A stretch of DNA of 64,000 nucleotides from Candidatus Shapirobacteria bacterium (GCA_016188545.1 JACPHO010000001.1:419324-483323), one strand, 5' to 3'. Numbered from the stretch's first letter, positions 38,875 to 49,002 are shown. The notes: generated by a model not told the origin, from the letters alone. Numbers and translations are program-made.

Positions 38875-40151
38875 TTCTTTATGACTAAACCAATATCATT
38901 ACCGTATTTATAAGCTACAGTATCACGAATATTTTCTTTAGAAATCAAAGTCAGGTCTTTTGCTGGAAGCTGTGAATCCCAGTCTGAACTGAAATCGTTT
39001 TTAAACTTAGGTCCGACAAACTCACCTGCAAAACCTGCATATAGACCGTTATCGATATTACCTGTAGATAGATTGAAACTATTAAAAACAAACTTATCAG
39101 TTTTACATATATCTCCCAAATAAAACCAACAATAATTCTGGCTACTACCAATTAGCGTAGAGACATATATTTTTTCAAAATTTTCTACCCCCAGTGGTTT
39201 TATGCCCGTATACCAGTACTGATAAACTAGTGGCCGATTATCAAGCCAGAAATCAGCCCTCTTAGAAATGTCATAACTATTTACATAAGTTGCATAAAGC
39301 AATACCACCCCCACAACTGCTCCAACATACCTATTGGCAACTAATATTTTTTCAACCCCATATGCCATCAATAGTGACAAGGGTATCAGCAACAATATAA
39401 ATCTCTGATACAAAACAGTGTTTGAAAATAAAAAATCAATAAACGAAATCACCAACAAAACAACCAAAATATTGTTGGAATCATTTTTTAATTTTGAAGT
39501 AACCCAAAAATATATTCCAAATATCAAAATAAATATTTCCGGCCAATAAAATAAAACAACTGATTTTTGTTCCATTGGATGAACCTCCTGGAAATAAAGA
39601 GTTTCCAAATCAAAAAAAGGTAACAACTCAGCCAAAACCTGACGATAAGTTATAAAAAGTTTGTTATATCCAATTCTTCTCCACATAAGTGGCAATTCCA
39701 TTTTGATACGGAGCGTATCCTCAGACATAAATCTGTTATTTACTTCATTTCTAGCGTCGGACATAGTAATTTTCGACAAAATCGCCGGATTTTGTTTCAG
39801 AAAACTCACGTTATAAAAACCCAATCCCACCAATACTAGTAAAATAATCCACCACTTAGTTTTTAGGAATGTTACTACACATAGTACTAGTACCAACTTA
39901 ACTACCATCAGTGGATACGACCACCCGATCCCCCATACCGCCGGGGACATTACTAACAAAATGATCGAAATTACTGAACTTTTTACTGACGCAACTGTCC
40001 TTAACTTATTAAACCAAAACCAAAAAACAATTCCCATTAATAATATTGTCAGTATCCTCAACCACAAAAGACCAATTTCACTACCCGTTCCCGTCTTCAT
40101 CAAAATCCAAATTTGTTCTTCAGTTGGTGGATAATTAAACAGACTAATCAT
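38871..40151 (-). CDS. Polytopic membrane protein of unknown function
   Basis: 426 aa, multi-TM. ATGA-coupled to the upstream GT-C gene. Confidence 0.35.
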   Translation of the reverse strand: MISLFNYPPTEEQIWILMKTGTGSEIGLLWLRILTILLMGIVFWFWFNKLRTVASVKSSVISIILLVMSPAVWGIGWSYPLMVVKLVLVLCVVTFLKTKWWIILLVLVGLGFYNVSFLKQNPAILSKITMSDARNEVNNRFMSEDTLRIKMELPLMWRRIGYNKLFITYRQVLAELLPFFDLETLYFQEVHPMEQKSVVLFYWPEIFILIFGIYFWVTSKLKNDSNNILVVLLVISFIDFLFSNTVLYQRFILLLIPLSLLMAYGVEKILVANRYVGAVVGVVLLYATYVNSYDISKRADFWLDNRPLVYQYWYTGIKPLGVENFEKIYVSTLIGSSQNYCWFYLGDICKTDKFVFNSFNLSTGNIDNGLYAGFAGEFVGPKFKNDFSSDWDSQLPAKDLTLISKENIRDTVAYKYGNDIGLVIKK

Positions 40152-40182
40152 ATAAAGGATGGTATAAAATGAATATTATCAC

Positions 40183-41775
40183 ATGATCAGGCGATTATTA
40201 ACCATCGTTATTTTTGTCACCCTAGCCGTCTTGGCTGTCTATCCACGGATAAGTAATATTACCTCTCTTCCACCATCACTGTTTTCTGACGAAGTCGACG
40301 CTGGCTACCAGGCCAAAACTTTCAACCAAAACCATACTGACTACTTTGGCAATAAATTTCCGGTTCATTTTCAATCTTTTTCCGACTGGCGGACTTCTCT
40401 ATATATATACTCAGTGGCTGCAGTTCAGAATTTTATCTCTTCCCCAGAGTTAAGCGTCAGGCTTCCTTCAGCTATCTTTGGAATATCATCTATTGCGGTA
40501 TTTTTTCTACTAACTAAGTCCATTCCCGCGGCTTTTCTTTTAGCCATTTCTCCCTGGGCTATTCACTATAGTCGCACCGGATTTGAGGTACCCGGAATGC
40601 TATTGAGTCTCTTAACAGGAATATATTTTTGGGAAAAGCATCATCAGAAGCGCAACACAATCCTACTTATAATTTCTATGATTGCCTTTTCACTTTCGGC
40701 CTACTTTTATAGCACCGCCAAACTTTTTATTATTTTTCTGATACCACTTTGCTATCATATTTGGAAACCAAAAACAAAATCACTGATGATCTCCCTTATG
40801 GTGGTTCTTGTAGCGCTTTCTCCACTGGCTATCGACACTATTAAGGGACGGTCTGGCTATCGCTTTTCTTACATCAGTATCTTTACGCTGCCTCATCGCG
40901 AACAGATAACCAACACTCAAAGATATCAAGACATTCTCCTAGAACATCCCAACGAAGTTGGCGTTCCCACCCCACCCCTGTCTTACATCTTTCACAACAA
41001 ATACCAACTAGTGCTCGAACGATTTATCAAAAATTATCTTATATCTTTCTCTCCCGAATTTTTATTTATAGAAGGGGACAAAAACATCCGCCAAGGCTTT
41101 GGCCAACATGGCATGCTCTACGTACTCGACTTTTTTATAATACTCTATGGTCTTTATCTTCACTTTCATAAACCTACTTCTCTGGGCAAGCTTTTTTTTT
41201 GGATGCTCGTCTTGGGACCAATTCCTTTTGCCTTAACTCGTGATTCACTTGGACCTCACGCCACCCGCCTCATTATTATTCTTCCTTCCCTAGTTTACTT
41301 CTCTTCTCTTACCCTTCACAAAATTCCTCTTATTACCCCCATATATTTATTACTCTTTATAAATTTTTGGCATTACTATCAAAACCATTATCCCCAGCTA
41401 TCCGCTAGAACATGGCATACCAATCTAAAAGAAACTGTTTTAGCTACCAATAATTATCCTAAACACCAAATATATTTCTCTGACACAGCCGAACCATTTA
41501 TGCCTTTTTTCCTATATTACTATCCATATCTCCCCACTGATTCCCTCACTTCTCATCTCACCGAAGTGAAATCACCTTATTTTTCCGGTAAGTGTATCGA
41601 CAGTAAGTATTGTTTTGGGCAGATAGACCCGTCTTTCTTTCCACTAACAGCACCACCCTCTCTACTAGTTGTCCCTCAATCACAACAATTTATTCCACCT
41701 ACTGGGTTTACACTTATTAATACTATTCCAAAAAAGTATCAGGAAAGTGAAATATTCTATATCTACTCAAATTAA
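40183..41775 (+). CDS. ArnT/PMT-family GT-C membrane glycosyltransferase (DE-loop subfamily; contains T9 tract)
   Basis: LFSDEVDAGYQAKTF...SVRLPSAIFG. T9 run at 41192-41200. Confidence 0.6.
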   Translation: MIRRLLTIVIFVTLAVLAVYPRISNITSLPPSLFSDEVDAGYQAKTFNQNHTDYFGNKFPVHFQSFSDWRTSLYIYSVAAVQNFISSPELSVRLPSAIFGISSIAVFFLLTKSIPAAFLLAISPWAIHYSRTGFEVPGMLLSLLTGIYFWEKHHQKRNTILLIISMIAFSLSAYFYSTAKLFIIFLIPLCYHIWKPKTKSLMISLMVVLVALSPLAIDTIKGRSGYRFSYISIFTLPHREQITNTQRYQDILLEHPNEVGVPTPPLSYIFHNKYQLVLERFIKNYLISFSPEFLFIEGDKNIRQGFGQHGMLYVLDFFIILYGLYLHFHKPTSLGKLFFWMLVLGPIPFALTRDSLGPHATRLIIILPSLVYFSSLTLHKIPLITPIYLLLFINFWHYYQNHYPQLSARTWHTNLKETVLATNNYPKHQIYFSDTAEPFMPFFLYYYPYLPTDSLTSHLTEVKSPYFSGKCIDSKYCFGQIDPSFFPLTAPPSLLVVPQSQQFIPPTGFTLINTIPKKYQESEIFYIYSN

Positions 41776-41776
41776 A

Positions 41777-43360
41777 ATGTTCAAAAAATTTAATCTTGTA
41801 CTACTAATCCCACTACTTTTCGCACTTCTGGCATCACATCGTTTATGGCGTCCCGGTTATTTTAGTATGCAGGATGATATGCACGTCTTCAGGCTCTCTC
41901 AATTTCACCAATGTCTCCTTGACCGCCAAATACCTTGTCGACTGATTTCCGATGGGGGACTGGGCTACTCTTATCCTCTGTTCAATTTCTATTCTCCACT
42001 ACCTTATGCAGTGGCTGAAAGTTTTCATCTAGTCGGTTTTTCGCTTATCGATAGTCTAAAGATATCTTTTATCATTCCGTTTTTTGTTGGTTCAGTCGGA
42101 ATGTATCTACTCTCTTTTACATTTTTTGGTCCAGTCGGTGGGCTTATTAGTAGTGTCCTTTATACCTTCGCTCCCTACCATGCTCTCGACAGTTTTGTCC
42201 GAGGTGCTCTAGCAGAACACTGGGCTATAAACCTCCTCCCGCTAATTCTCTATTCACTTTATCGCAAAAAATCAAATCTTTTTATATTGTCACTCACAGC
42301 CCTTCTACTAAGTCACAACCTAACCCTGGTCTATTTCCTTCCGGTATTGTTTGTCTTTTCCTTAATCCACAAAAACATTTTATATCTCATCAAAAATTCG
42401 TTGTACTCATTTTTAATGGCATCCTTTTTTATTCTTCCCGCTTTTCTTGAGAAAAACTTAACTACCGTGAGCACTATGACTCAAGGCTATTTTAATTACA
42501 TCATTCACTTTGCCACTCTTTACCAACTGTTTGTTTCCCGGTTCTGGGGTTATGGCGCTTCGCTTTGGGGTCCGATTGATGATCTCTCGCTTCAGGTAGG
42601 ATATCTTCATTGGATACTCCCACTCATTGCTCTAATTTTTGCTATACGTTCTCCTAGCAAAAAAACTATCTTTACTTTTTTTAGTATCGGACTATTCTCA
42701 CTTTTTCTGACACACAACCGTTCCACTTTCATCTGGCAAATGTTTTATTTTATGCCTTATTACCAGTTTCCTTGGCGTTTCTTGGGCTTAGCCATATTCT
42801 GTTTCTCGTTCATTTCTGGGATAGTTACCAAAAGCAAATTTCTTCTCGTCATAATTATTGCCCTAACCGTAGGACTAAATATCAATTACTTCAAAGAAGA
42901 TATTTGGTATCCCAACCTGACGGATAGTCAAAAACTTACCACTGAGGAAGTTTATCGTCAAAGTGGCGCAGGTTTAAAAGACTACTGGCCCAAATATTCC
43001 ACAGAGTTTCCCACTACCATGGCACCTTCACAGCCACAAGTTCTCAACGGTGAAATTTATGCCAGTGACTTCTTCAAGAATTCAAATATTGCCAGCGGTT
43101 CTATTAATATCACTTCCGAAAAAGCCACCATCAATCTCCCTATCGTTTATTTTCCAACCTGGCAGCTAACTGTTAACGGCTATCCATCAGAATACCAAGT
43201 CAACCCATCCACTGGCCAAATGCAACTAACTCTGCCTCAAGGCAGTCACCAGTATAAACTCGAATTCTTAAATACCCCCATCCGCACTTTTGCCAACGTC
43301 CTTAGCCTTATTGGTCTGCTCTTGTTTATAATCAAACTATATCGTGAAGCCAAATCATAA
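41777..43360 (+). CDS. Large polytopic membrane protein, YfhO-like/GT-C candidate (paralog of 19968..21659)
   Basis: MQDDMHVFRLSQFHQCLLDRQIPCRLISDGGLGYSYPLFNFYSPLPYAV. Start taken at the ATG at 41777 rather than the upstream in-frame extension. Confidence 0.5.
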   Translation: MFKKFNLVLLIPLLFALLASHRLWRPGYFSMQDDMHVFRLSQFHQCLLDRQIPCRLISDGGLGYSYPLFNFYSPLPYAVAESFHLVGFSLIDSLKISFIIPFFVGSVGMYLLSFTFFGPVGGLISSVLYTFAPYHALDSFVRGALAEHWAINLLPLILYSLYRKKSNLFILSLTALLLSHNLTLVYFLPVLFVFSLIHKNILYLIKNSLYSFLMASFFILPAFLEKNLTTVSTMTQGYFNYIIHFATLYQLFVSRFWGYGASLWGPIDDLSLQVGYLHWILPLIALIFAIRSPSKKTIFTFFSIGLFSLFLTHNRSTFIWQMFYFMPYYQFPWRFLGLAIFCFSFISGIVTKSKFLLVIIIALTVGLNINYFKEDIWYPNLTDSQKLTTEEVYRQSGAGLKDYWPKYSTEFPTTMAPSQPQVLNGEIYASDFFKNSNIASGSINITSEKATINLPIVYFPTWQLTVNGYPSEYQVNPSTGQMQLTLPQGSHQYKLEFLNTPIRTFANVLSLIGLLLFIIKLYREAKS

Positions 43361-44921
43361 ACTGCTCTTCTGGACAATTCTATTACTGGCCGCTTTTTTC
43401 CGCTTATGGAAATTAGATACCATGCCATCAGGATTAAATTGGGATGAAATTTCTCATGGATACAACGCTTATTCAGTCCTAGAGACAGGACGTGATCAGT
43501 GGGGGACTTCGCTTCCTATTTTTAACTTTAGAGCCTATGGCGATTATCCCACCACCCTAAATCTATACCTCACCATTCCTTTCATTAAGTTACTCGGCCT
43601 AAACGCACTTTCGATCCGTATACCGACTGTTATTTTCTCGTTGTTATTCGTAATCTATACCTATCGCTTTGCACAGTTATTATTCAAAAAGATCCCACCC
43701 TCACTCATCGCCATGTCTTTAGCCGCTTTCCTACCTTGGGCATTTTTCCCTTCTCGTGGTGTTTTTCAGTCCACTTTTTCCCAAACGCTACTTCTGATGG
43801 GTATTTATCACTTTCTAATCGATAAAAACCGGTCCAAGCATTTACTCCTCTCAAGTATTTTTTTTGGACTTTCGATGTATGCCTATCATAACGCCAGGAT
43901 AATTGTTCCTTTACTACTTCCAACTCTATATTTTTTTCACCCAATTAAATTATCTAAAAAAATATTACCCGCAATTATTGTTCTGTTAATACTAGTCATT
44001 CCCAACGTTATTAATCTAATTTCACCTTCCTCCTTTGCTCGCAATCGCTGGGTCGGTATTATCAATCCCAACGCAGTTAATCTAATCAATCTTAAGCGAA
44101 ACTCATTTACCGGCCCGCAAATTATAAATCGACTAATCAACAACCGACCGGTTTATTTTGTTCAAACTCTGTCACTAAACTATCTCAATCAACTTAATCC
44201 TTTTCCTTTATTTTTAAATGGCACCGAAAACCAACAACTATCCGTGCCTCAGACTGGTATTTTATTTCTAATTCTTATGCCATTTTTATATGCCGGACTT
44301 ATTTTCTCACTAAACGACGGACGCTATTTCTATCTACTCCCACTATTATTTATAACCCTACTTCCTGCGGCACTCACCGTCGGTGACTTTCCAGTCCTCA
44401 GATCTAGCACAGCCCTAATTTTTTATATTCTATTCATAACCATAGGGATATCCCTTCTTAAAATTGATTATCGGATAACCATACTAACTATTTTCGTATT
44501 TTTCATATTTTATTGGACAAAATACACAAATTACAGTCAAAAATATTCTTACGCCTGGCAATACGGCTATAGTCAAGCTGTTGAAATTGCCAAAGAAAAT
44601 TATTCGAAATACGACCATATTGTTATAACTAAAAAGTATGGTGAACCGCACGAGTTTTTCCTGTTTTACTGGCCATGGCCTCCGCAGAAGTATCAAAAAG
44701 ACCCCTTACTCTCAACTAATTTTCATTCAGATTGGTACTGGGTAGATGCCTATGATAAGTTTGAATTCAAAAATGACTGGGAAATTAAAGAACTAAATTT
44801 TTCTCCCAAAACTCTACTAATCACCAGCCCAAAAAACTATCCCTCTAATGGAGCCAAACAGTTAAAAACCATTGACTTCCTCGATAGTTCGCCAGCGTTT
44901 GATATCATCAGCTATGACTAG
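43344..44921 (+). CDS. ArnT/PMT-family GT-C membrane glycosyltransferase (DE-loop subfamily)
   Basis: LNWDEISHGYNAYSVLETGRDQWGTSLP...FIKLLGLNALSIRIPTVIFS. Confidence 0.6.
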   Translation: MKPNHKLLFWTILLLAAFFRLWKLDTMPSGLNWDEISHGYNAYSVLETGRDQWGTSLPIFNFRAYGDYPTTLNLYLTIPFIKLLGLNALSIRIPTVIFSLLFVIYTYRFAQLLFKKIPPSLIAMSLAAFLPWAFFPSRGVFQSTFSQTLLLMGIYHFLIDKNRSKHLLLSSIFFGLSMYAYHNARIIVPLLLPTLYFFHPIKLSKKILPAIIVLLILVIPNVINLISPSSFARNRWVGIINPNAVNLINLKRNSFTGPQIINRLINNRPVYFVQTLSLNYLNQLNPFPLFLNGTENQQLSVPQTGILFLILMPFLYAGLIFSLNDGRYFYLLPLLFITLLPAALTVGDFPVLRSSTALIFYILFITIGISLLKIDYRITILTIFVFFIFYWTKYTNYSQKYSYAWQYGYSQAVEIAKENYSKYDHIVITKKYGEPHEFFLFYWPWPPQKYQKDPLLSTNFHSDWYWVDAYDKFEFKNDWEIKELNFSPKTLLITSPKNYPSNGAKQLKTIDFLDSSPAFDIISYD

Positions 44922-46503
44922 GTTTGCAATTATTATCATTACAGTTCTAGCCCTAGCAGTTCGACTCTATAGCTCAAACTACCCCCCATTACTTTGGGAC
45001 GAAGCTTCTATCGGCTACAATGCTTACTCCATCCTTAAAACAGGCAAAGACGAATACGGCACTACTCTACCTCTAGTTTTCAAATCATTTGGTGATTACA
45101 AACCAGGATTATATGTCTATCTCACTGTTCCTTTTGTCGCCTTATTTGGTCTAAACTCCTTGTCGGTTAGACTACCATCGATCATCCTCGGATCACTACT
45201 TCCCCTAATTGCCTACCTACTTGTTCTAAAACTTAGTCCAAAATCAAAAACTATCGCACTACTAACCGCCATTCTTTTAGCCTTCAACCCTTGGAATATT
45301 CACTTTAGTCGGGGAGCGTGGGAGACCAATATCCTTTTATTTGAACTGACCCTAGCTTCACTACTATTTATCAATCAAAAAATAGTCTGGTCCTCCATTA
45401 TGTTTGGTCTTACTTTTTACACCTACCAAGGAGGGAAGATCATGACCCCTCTTTTATTGTCAATTCTTTTCTTTACCCATCTATCTCTTTTCAAATCTTT
45501 CAAAAACATCTTTAAACTCGCCCTTCCTCTGATATTACTAGCTGTTCCCATCCTCTACGGACTTGTAACTCAAAACGATTCCAATCGTCTTAGCGTGTTT
45601 GCACTCTGGAACTACCACCGTCCCGCAAATGACATTAGTCAGATCGTCGGTGAAGGCAATGATCTTAACTTCTCGTTATTTCACAACGAAGCTATCTTTT
45701 TTACTCAAAATTTTTTAACTCGTTACTTCAACCATTTCTCACCAAAGTTTTTATTGTTTGAGGGCGACTGGCAAATCCAACGCCACTCTGCCCCGTATAT
45801 CGGAGTAATTCTCTATCCATCAATTATCTTTATTCTTCTAGGGATATTCTCTACTCTGTCTACATCGCTCAAAAAACCTGGCTTAATATTCTTTCTTTGG
45901 CTTCTCATTAGCCCACTTCCCGGAGCCTTAACGCGGGACATTATTCAACCCGTCAGAACTCTTTCCTTATCTATTCCCCTAATGTATTTTGCCGCCAAAG
46001 GCATTGTCTTTACCCTTAGTAAAATTCCTCAAAAACTATATCATTTTTTTTACTTTTTACTTTTTACTTTTTACTTTTTTTCTTTTGTCTATTACTCCGA
46101 CCTATATTACAATCACCTGACCAAAATCACCCCCTCACATTTACTTTACGGTTATAGCCAAGCAGCCCAGTATGTGATTGATCGTGGTAAAGACAAGCAA
46201 GTCACCTTTACAGATTTTTATGGTCAGCCATATATCTATTATCTTTTTTACTCCAAGTATCCACCTAAAAACTATCAGTCTCAGGCCAATCTTTCAGTCT
46301 CAGGCCAAGATACTGGAAAAATATTAAAGATAGACAATATTAAGTTTGAAGTCCCCAGTTTCAGCTACCAAAAAACACTACCAGGCCAAGTATTAATCCT
46401 TTCCTATGATGACGCCATTAGGCAGGGGATTGATCTAAAAACCCTTACTCCACTAAGTCCCATCAACAATACCTCAACATTTTACGCATATGAAACAAAC
46501 TAA
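44914..46503 (+). CDS. ArnT/PMT-family GT-C membrane glycosyltransferase (DE-loop subfamily; contains 7-bp tandem repeat)
   Basis: LWDEASIGYNAYSILKTGKDEYGTTLP...FGLNSLSVRLPSIILG. Start at 44914 (ATGACTAG overlap). ACTTTTT x4 at 46052-46079. Confidence 0.6.
   Translation: MTRFAIIIITVLALAVRLYSSNYPPLLWDEASIGYNAYSILKTGKDEYGTTLPLVFKSFGDYKPGLYVYLTVPFVALFGLNSLSVRLPSIILGSLLPLIAYLLVLKLSPKSKTIALLTAILLAFNPWNIHFSRGAWETNILLFELTLASLLFINQKIVWSSIMFGLTFYTYQGGKIMTPLLLSILFFTHLSLFKSFKNIFKLALPLILLAVPILYGLVTQNDSNRLSVFALWNYHRPANDISQIVGEGNDLNFSLFHNEAIFFTQNFLTRYFNHFSPKFLLFEGDWQIQRHSAPYIGVILYPSIIFILLGIFSTLSTSLKKPGLIFFLWLLISPLPGALTRDIIQPVRTLSLSIPLMYFAAKGIVFTLSKIPQKLYHFFYFLLFTFYFFSFVYYSDLYYNHLTKITPSHLLYGYSQAAQYVIDRGKDKQVTFTDFYGQPYIYYLFYSKYPPKNYQSQANLSVSGQDTGKILKIDNIKFEVPSFSYQKTLPGQVLILSYDDAIRQGIDLKTLTPLSPINNTSTFYAYETN
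46052..46079. repeat. Perfect heptanucleotide tandem repeat (ACTTTTT)x4 inside a GT-C CDS
   Basis: Read directly: tac ttttt ac ttttt ac ttttt ac ttttt, preceded by a T7 run. Encodes FYFLLFTFYFF. Confidence 0.8.
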
Positions 46504-48094
46504 AATATTTTTACTACTAATACTACTTTTAGCTGCTGTCCTTCGCATATATCGTATCGACACCCTACCTCAACTAAATCCTGATGAAGCAGCGCTTGGT
46601 TACAACGCCTATTCTTTGCTGAAGACCGGTAAAGACGAGCATGGTATCAGCTACCCTCTCCATTTCCGCTCTTTTGGTGACTACAAACCGGGAGGCTACG
46701 TATATCTAGCCATGCCTTTTATAAAGATTTTAGGGCTTACTCCACTGGCCGTCCGTCTACCCAATTTAATTTTCTCTGTTTTAACTATATTTGTTATTTA
46801 TAAACTTGTTTTTCTTTTAACTTTTAACTTTCAACTTTCAACTTTGACCGCCTTTATTTTAGCGGTCAGCCCTTGGCACATCCACTTTAGTCGTGGCGCC
46901 TGGGAGTCTTCAACTGCCCTGTTTTTTGTAATCCTTGGTATCTATTTGTTCTATTCATACATCATAAATCATAAGTCAAGATTCTTTTTCTTCTCATGCC
47001 TCTCTTTTGTCGCCTCACTCTACGTCTATCACTCGGCTCGTATCGTCGCTCCGTTTATTTGTCTTTTTCTACTGGTCACTAATTTTCAATTTTTACTAAG
47101 TCATTTCAAAAAGATTATTCTCCCCACACTTTTTGCTGCAGCAGTCGCTGTTCCAGTACTTGTCTCATTTCTGAACAGTGGTGGCGCTGCCAGATTTGGT
47201 GGGGTAGGATTAACCGCTGACTATGGACCAGTCGCACGCTCAGAAGAATTACTAAATCACCACGGCAACACACTTTTATCCAACCGGATAACTCACAATC
47301 GACGGGTTTTATATCTAATGTCTTGGGCTCAAAAATATGTTTCTCATTTTGATCTTAATTTTCTTTTTCTCAAAGGTGATGAAGTCCCTAGGTCAAAGTC
47401 GCCCGACATTGGCCAGCTCCACTTAATTGAGCTACCTTTATTAATTATCGGTATTGTTTTTCTCCTCAAAGACAAAAATACCAAACGACTTTCCCATCTT
47501 TCGCTGGCACTACTCTTTATATCTCCGCTGGCATCGTCGCTCACTTTTCAAGCCCCATCAGCTCTTCGAGCCTTACCCATGGTCTTACCATTAGCAATTT
47601 TTACAGGTGCCGGTCTTTATAGTCTTATTGAAACCACAAAATCATTTAAGCCACACAACTTATTCGTCATCACCGTTCTCTACATTTATTCCATTTTCTA
47701 CTTTGCCGACGCTTACTTTGTTCATGCTCCCCAACGCTATCCATATGCCTGGAACACTGGCTTCTCTAGCCTGATGCCTTTTATTGATAGTCAAAAGACA
47801 AAATATGACAATATCTACTTCACCTCCACATATGATCAACCTTATATTTTGTATTTATTTTTTACCCGCTATCCGCCTCAAAAAATACAATCTCAAATCC
47901 AGCTAACCCCACCCGATAAATACGGTTTTTCAACAGTAACCATGATAGATAATCTCCATTTTGGTAAAATCAACTGGGATTCCATTCCTCCCAAGAGTTT
48001 AGTAATCGCCGGCGATGAAGAAATAAAAGCTGTACCAATGGCATCTTTAGTTCTTCCCGGAGGAACTATCGGATTCAGAGTTTATGAAAAATAA
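46490..48094 (+). CDS. ArnT/PMT-family GT-C membrane glycosyltransferase (DE-loop subfamily; contains imperfect 7-bp tandem repeat)
   Basis: NPDEAALGYNAYSLLKTGKDEHGISYP...FIKILGLTPLAVRLPNLIFS. 7-mer repeat at 46814-46848. Confidence 0.6.
   Translation: MKQTKIFLLLILLLAAVLRIYRIDTLPQLNPDEAALGYNAYSLLKTGKDEHGISYPLHFRSFGDYKPGGYVYLAMPFIKILGLTPLAVRLPNLIFSVLTIFVIYKLVFLLTFNFQLSTLTAFILAVSPWHIHFSRGAWESSTALFFVILGIYLFYSYIINHKSRFFFFSCLSFVASLYVYHSARIVAPFICLFLLVTNFQFLLSHFKKIILPTLFAAAVAVPVLVSFLNSGGAARFGGVGLTADYGPVARSEELLNHHGNTLLSNRITHNRRVLYLMSWAQKYVSHFDLNFLFLKGDEVPRSKSPDIGQLHLIELPLLIIGIVFLLKDKNTKRLSHLSLALLFISPLASSLTFQAPSALRALPMVLPLAIFTGAGLYSLIETTKSFKPHNLFVITVLYIYSIFYFADAYFVHAPQRYPYAWNTGFSSLMPFIDSQKTKYDNIYFTSTYDQPYILYLFFTRYPPQKIQSQIQLTPPDKYGFSTVTMIDNLHFGKINWDSIPPKSLVIAGDEEIKAVPMASLVLPGGTIGFRVYEK
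46814..46848. repeat. Imperfect heptanucleotide tandem repeat (CTTTTAA/CTTTCAA/CTTTGAC)x5 inside the next GT-C CDS
   Basis: cttttaa cttttaa ctttcaa ctttcaa ctttgac. Confidence 0.7.
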
Positions 48095-49001
48095 CACCCC
48101 ACTTTCCATTGCCATTGCCACATATAATGAATCAGCCAATATCGGTCGTTGTCTAAAAAGCATCGAGGGGCTGGCAAGTGAAATCATAATTGTTGATGGA
48201 CAATCTACCGACGACACTGTGGCTATTGCCAAAAAATACCCGTCTATTAAGGTCATATCGACGACCAACAAACCAAACTTTCACATCAATAAACAGATGG
48301 CCATTGATGAGTGTAAAAACGATTGGGTACTTCTACTCGACGCTGACGAAGCAGTCTCAAAAGAACTTTTTGCAGAAATAAAAAAACTTCTAACCCTCAG
48401 TACCGAAAAAATTGTAGAAGAGTCTAATGCTGTTTTACAATCCCATCCTTTATTTTTACGACATCAACAAATACTTCAGGACAGAGACGGTGAATATGGC
48501 TCTAAGTCAAACGAATACACGGCATTTTTTGTTCCTCGACTAAACTATTTTCTAGGAAGGTTTATCCGCTACGGAGGTGTCTATCCCGATGGCCAAATCC
48601 GACTTTTTAGAAAAAGTGTTAGTCATCAACCAGCTAAGGACGTCCATGAACAAATTCATACTGACGGTCGTGTCGGTTGGTTAAGTTCTGACCTACTCCA
48701 TTTTGCCGACCCCACCTTTTCTAGGTATCTTTTAAGAAATAGTCGCTATACCTCAAATATAGCCACTGAGTTACAAGAAAAGAAACTCCCCATCTCTTTT
48801 ATTTCGTTTTTAAATTATTTTATGGTTAAACCAATTTGGTGGTTTGTACTTACCTACTTTCGACACAAAGGGATCCTTGATGGTTTTTCCGGTTTTGTCT
48901 TCTCCTGGTATTCATCACTCCGTTTCCCGATTGCCTATATAAAATATTTTGAACTCACATCCACCAACCAAAAAATAACTGTTGGCAAGGACTGGGATTA
49001 A
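48084..49001 (+). CDS. Glycosyltransferase family 2
   Basis: LSIAIATYNESANIGRCLKSI...IIVDGQSTDDT...LLLDADE. Confidence 0.72.
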   Translation: MKNNTPLSIAIATYNESANIGRCLKSIEGLASEIIIVDGQSTDDTVAIAKKYPSIKVISTTNKPNFHINKQMAIDECKNDWVLLLDADEAVSKELFAEIKKLLTLSTEKIVEESNAVLQSHPLFLRHQQILQDRDGEYGSKSNEYTAFFVPRLNYFLGRFIRYGGVYPDGQIRLFRKSVSHQPAKDVHEQIHTDGRVGWLSSDLLHFADPTFSRYLLRNSRYTSNIATELQEKKLPISFISFLNYFMVKPIWWFVLTYFRHKGILDGFSGFVFSWYSSLRFPIAYIKYFELTSTNQKITVGKDWD

Positions 49002-49002
49002 C

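Noticed and set aside
41669-41776. ORF-track upstream extension of the YfhO-like gene (start at 41669) overlapping the preceding GT-C gene by >100 nt
   Set aside because: The extension encodes no conserved residues. The ATG at 41777 begins a typical signal/TM segment (MFKKFNLVLLIPLLF) directly after the upstream stop, and its paralog also starts at the corresponding position.
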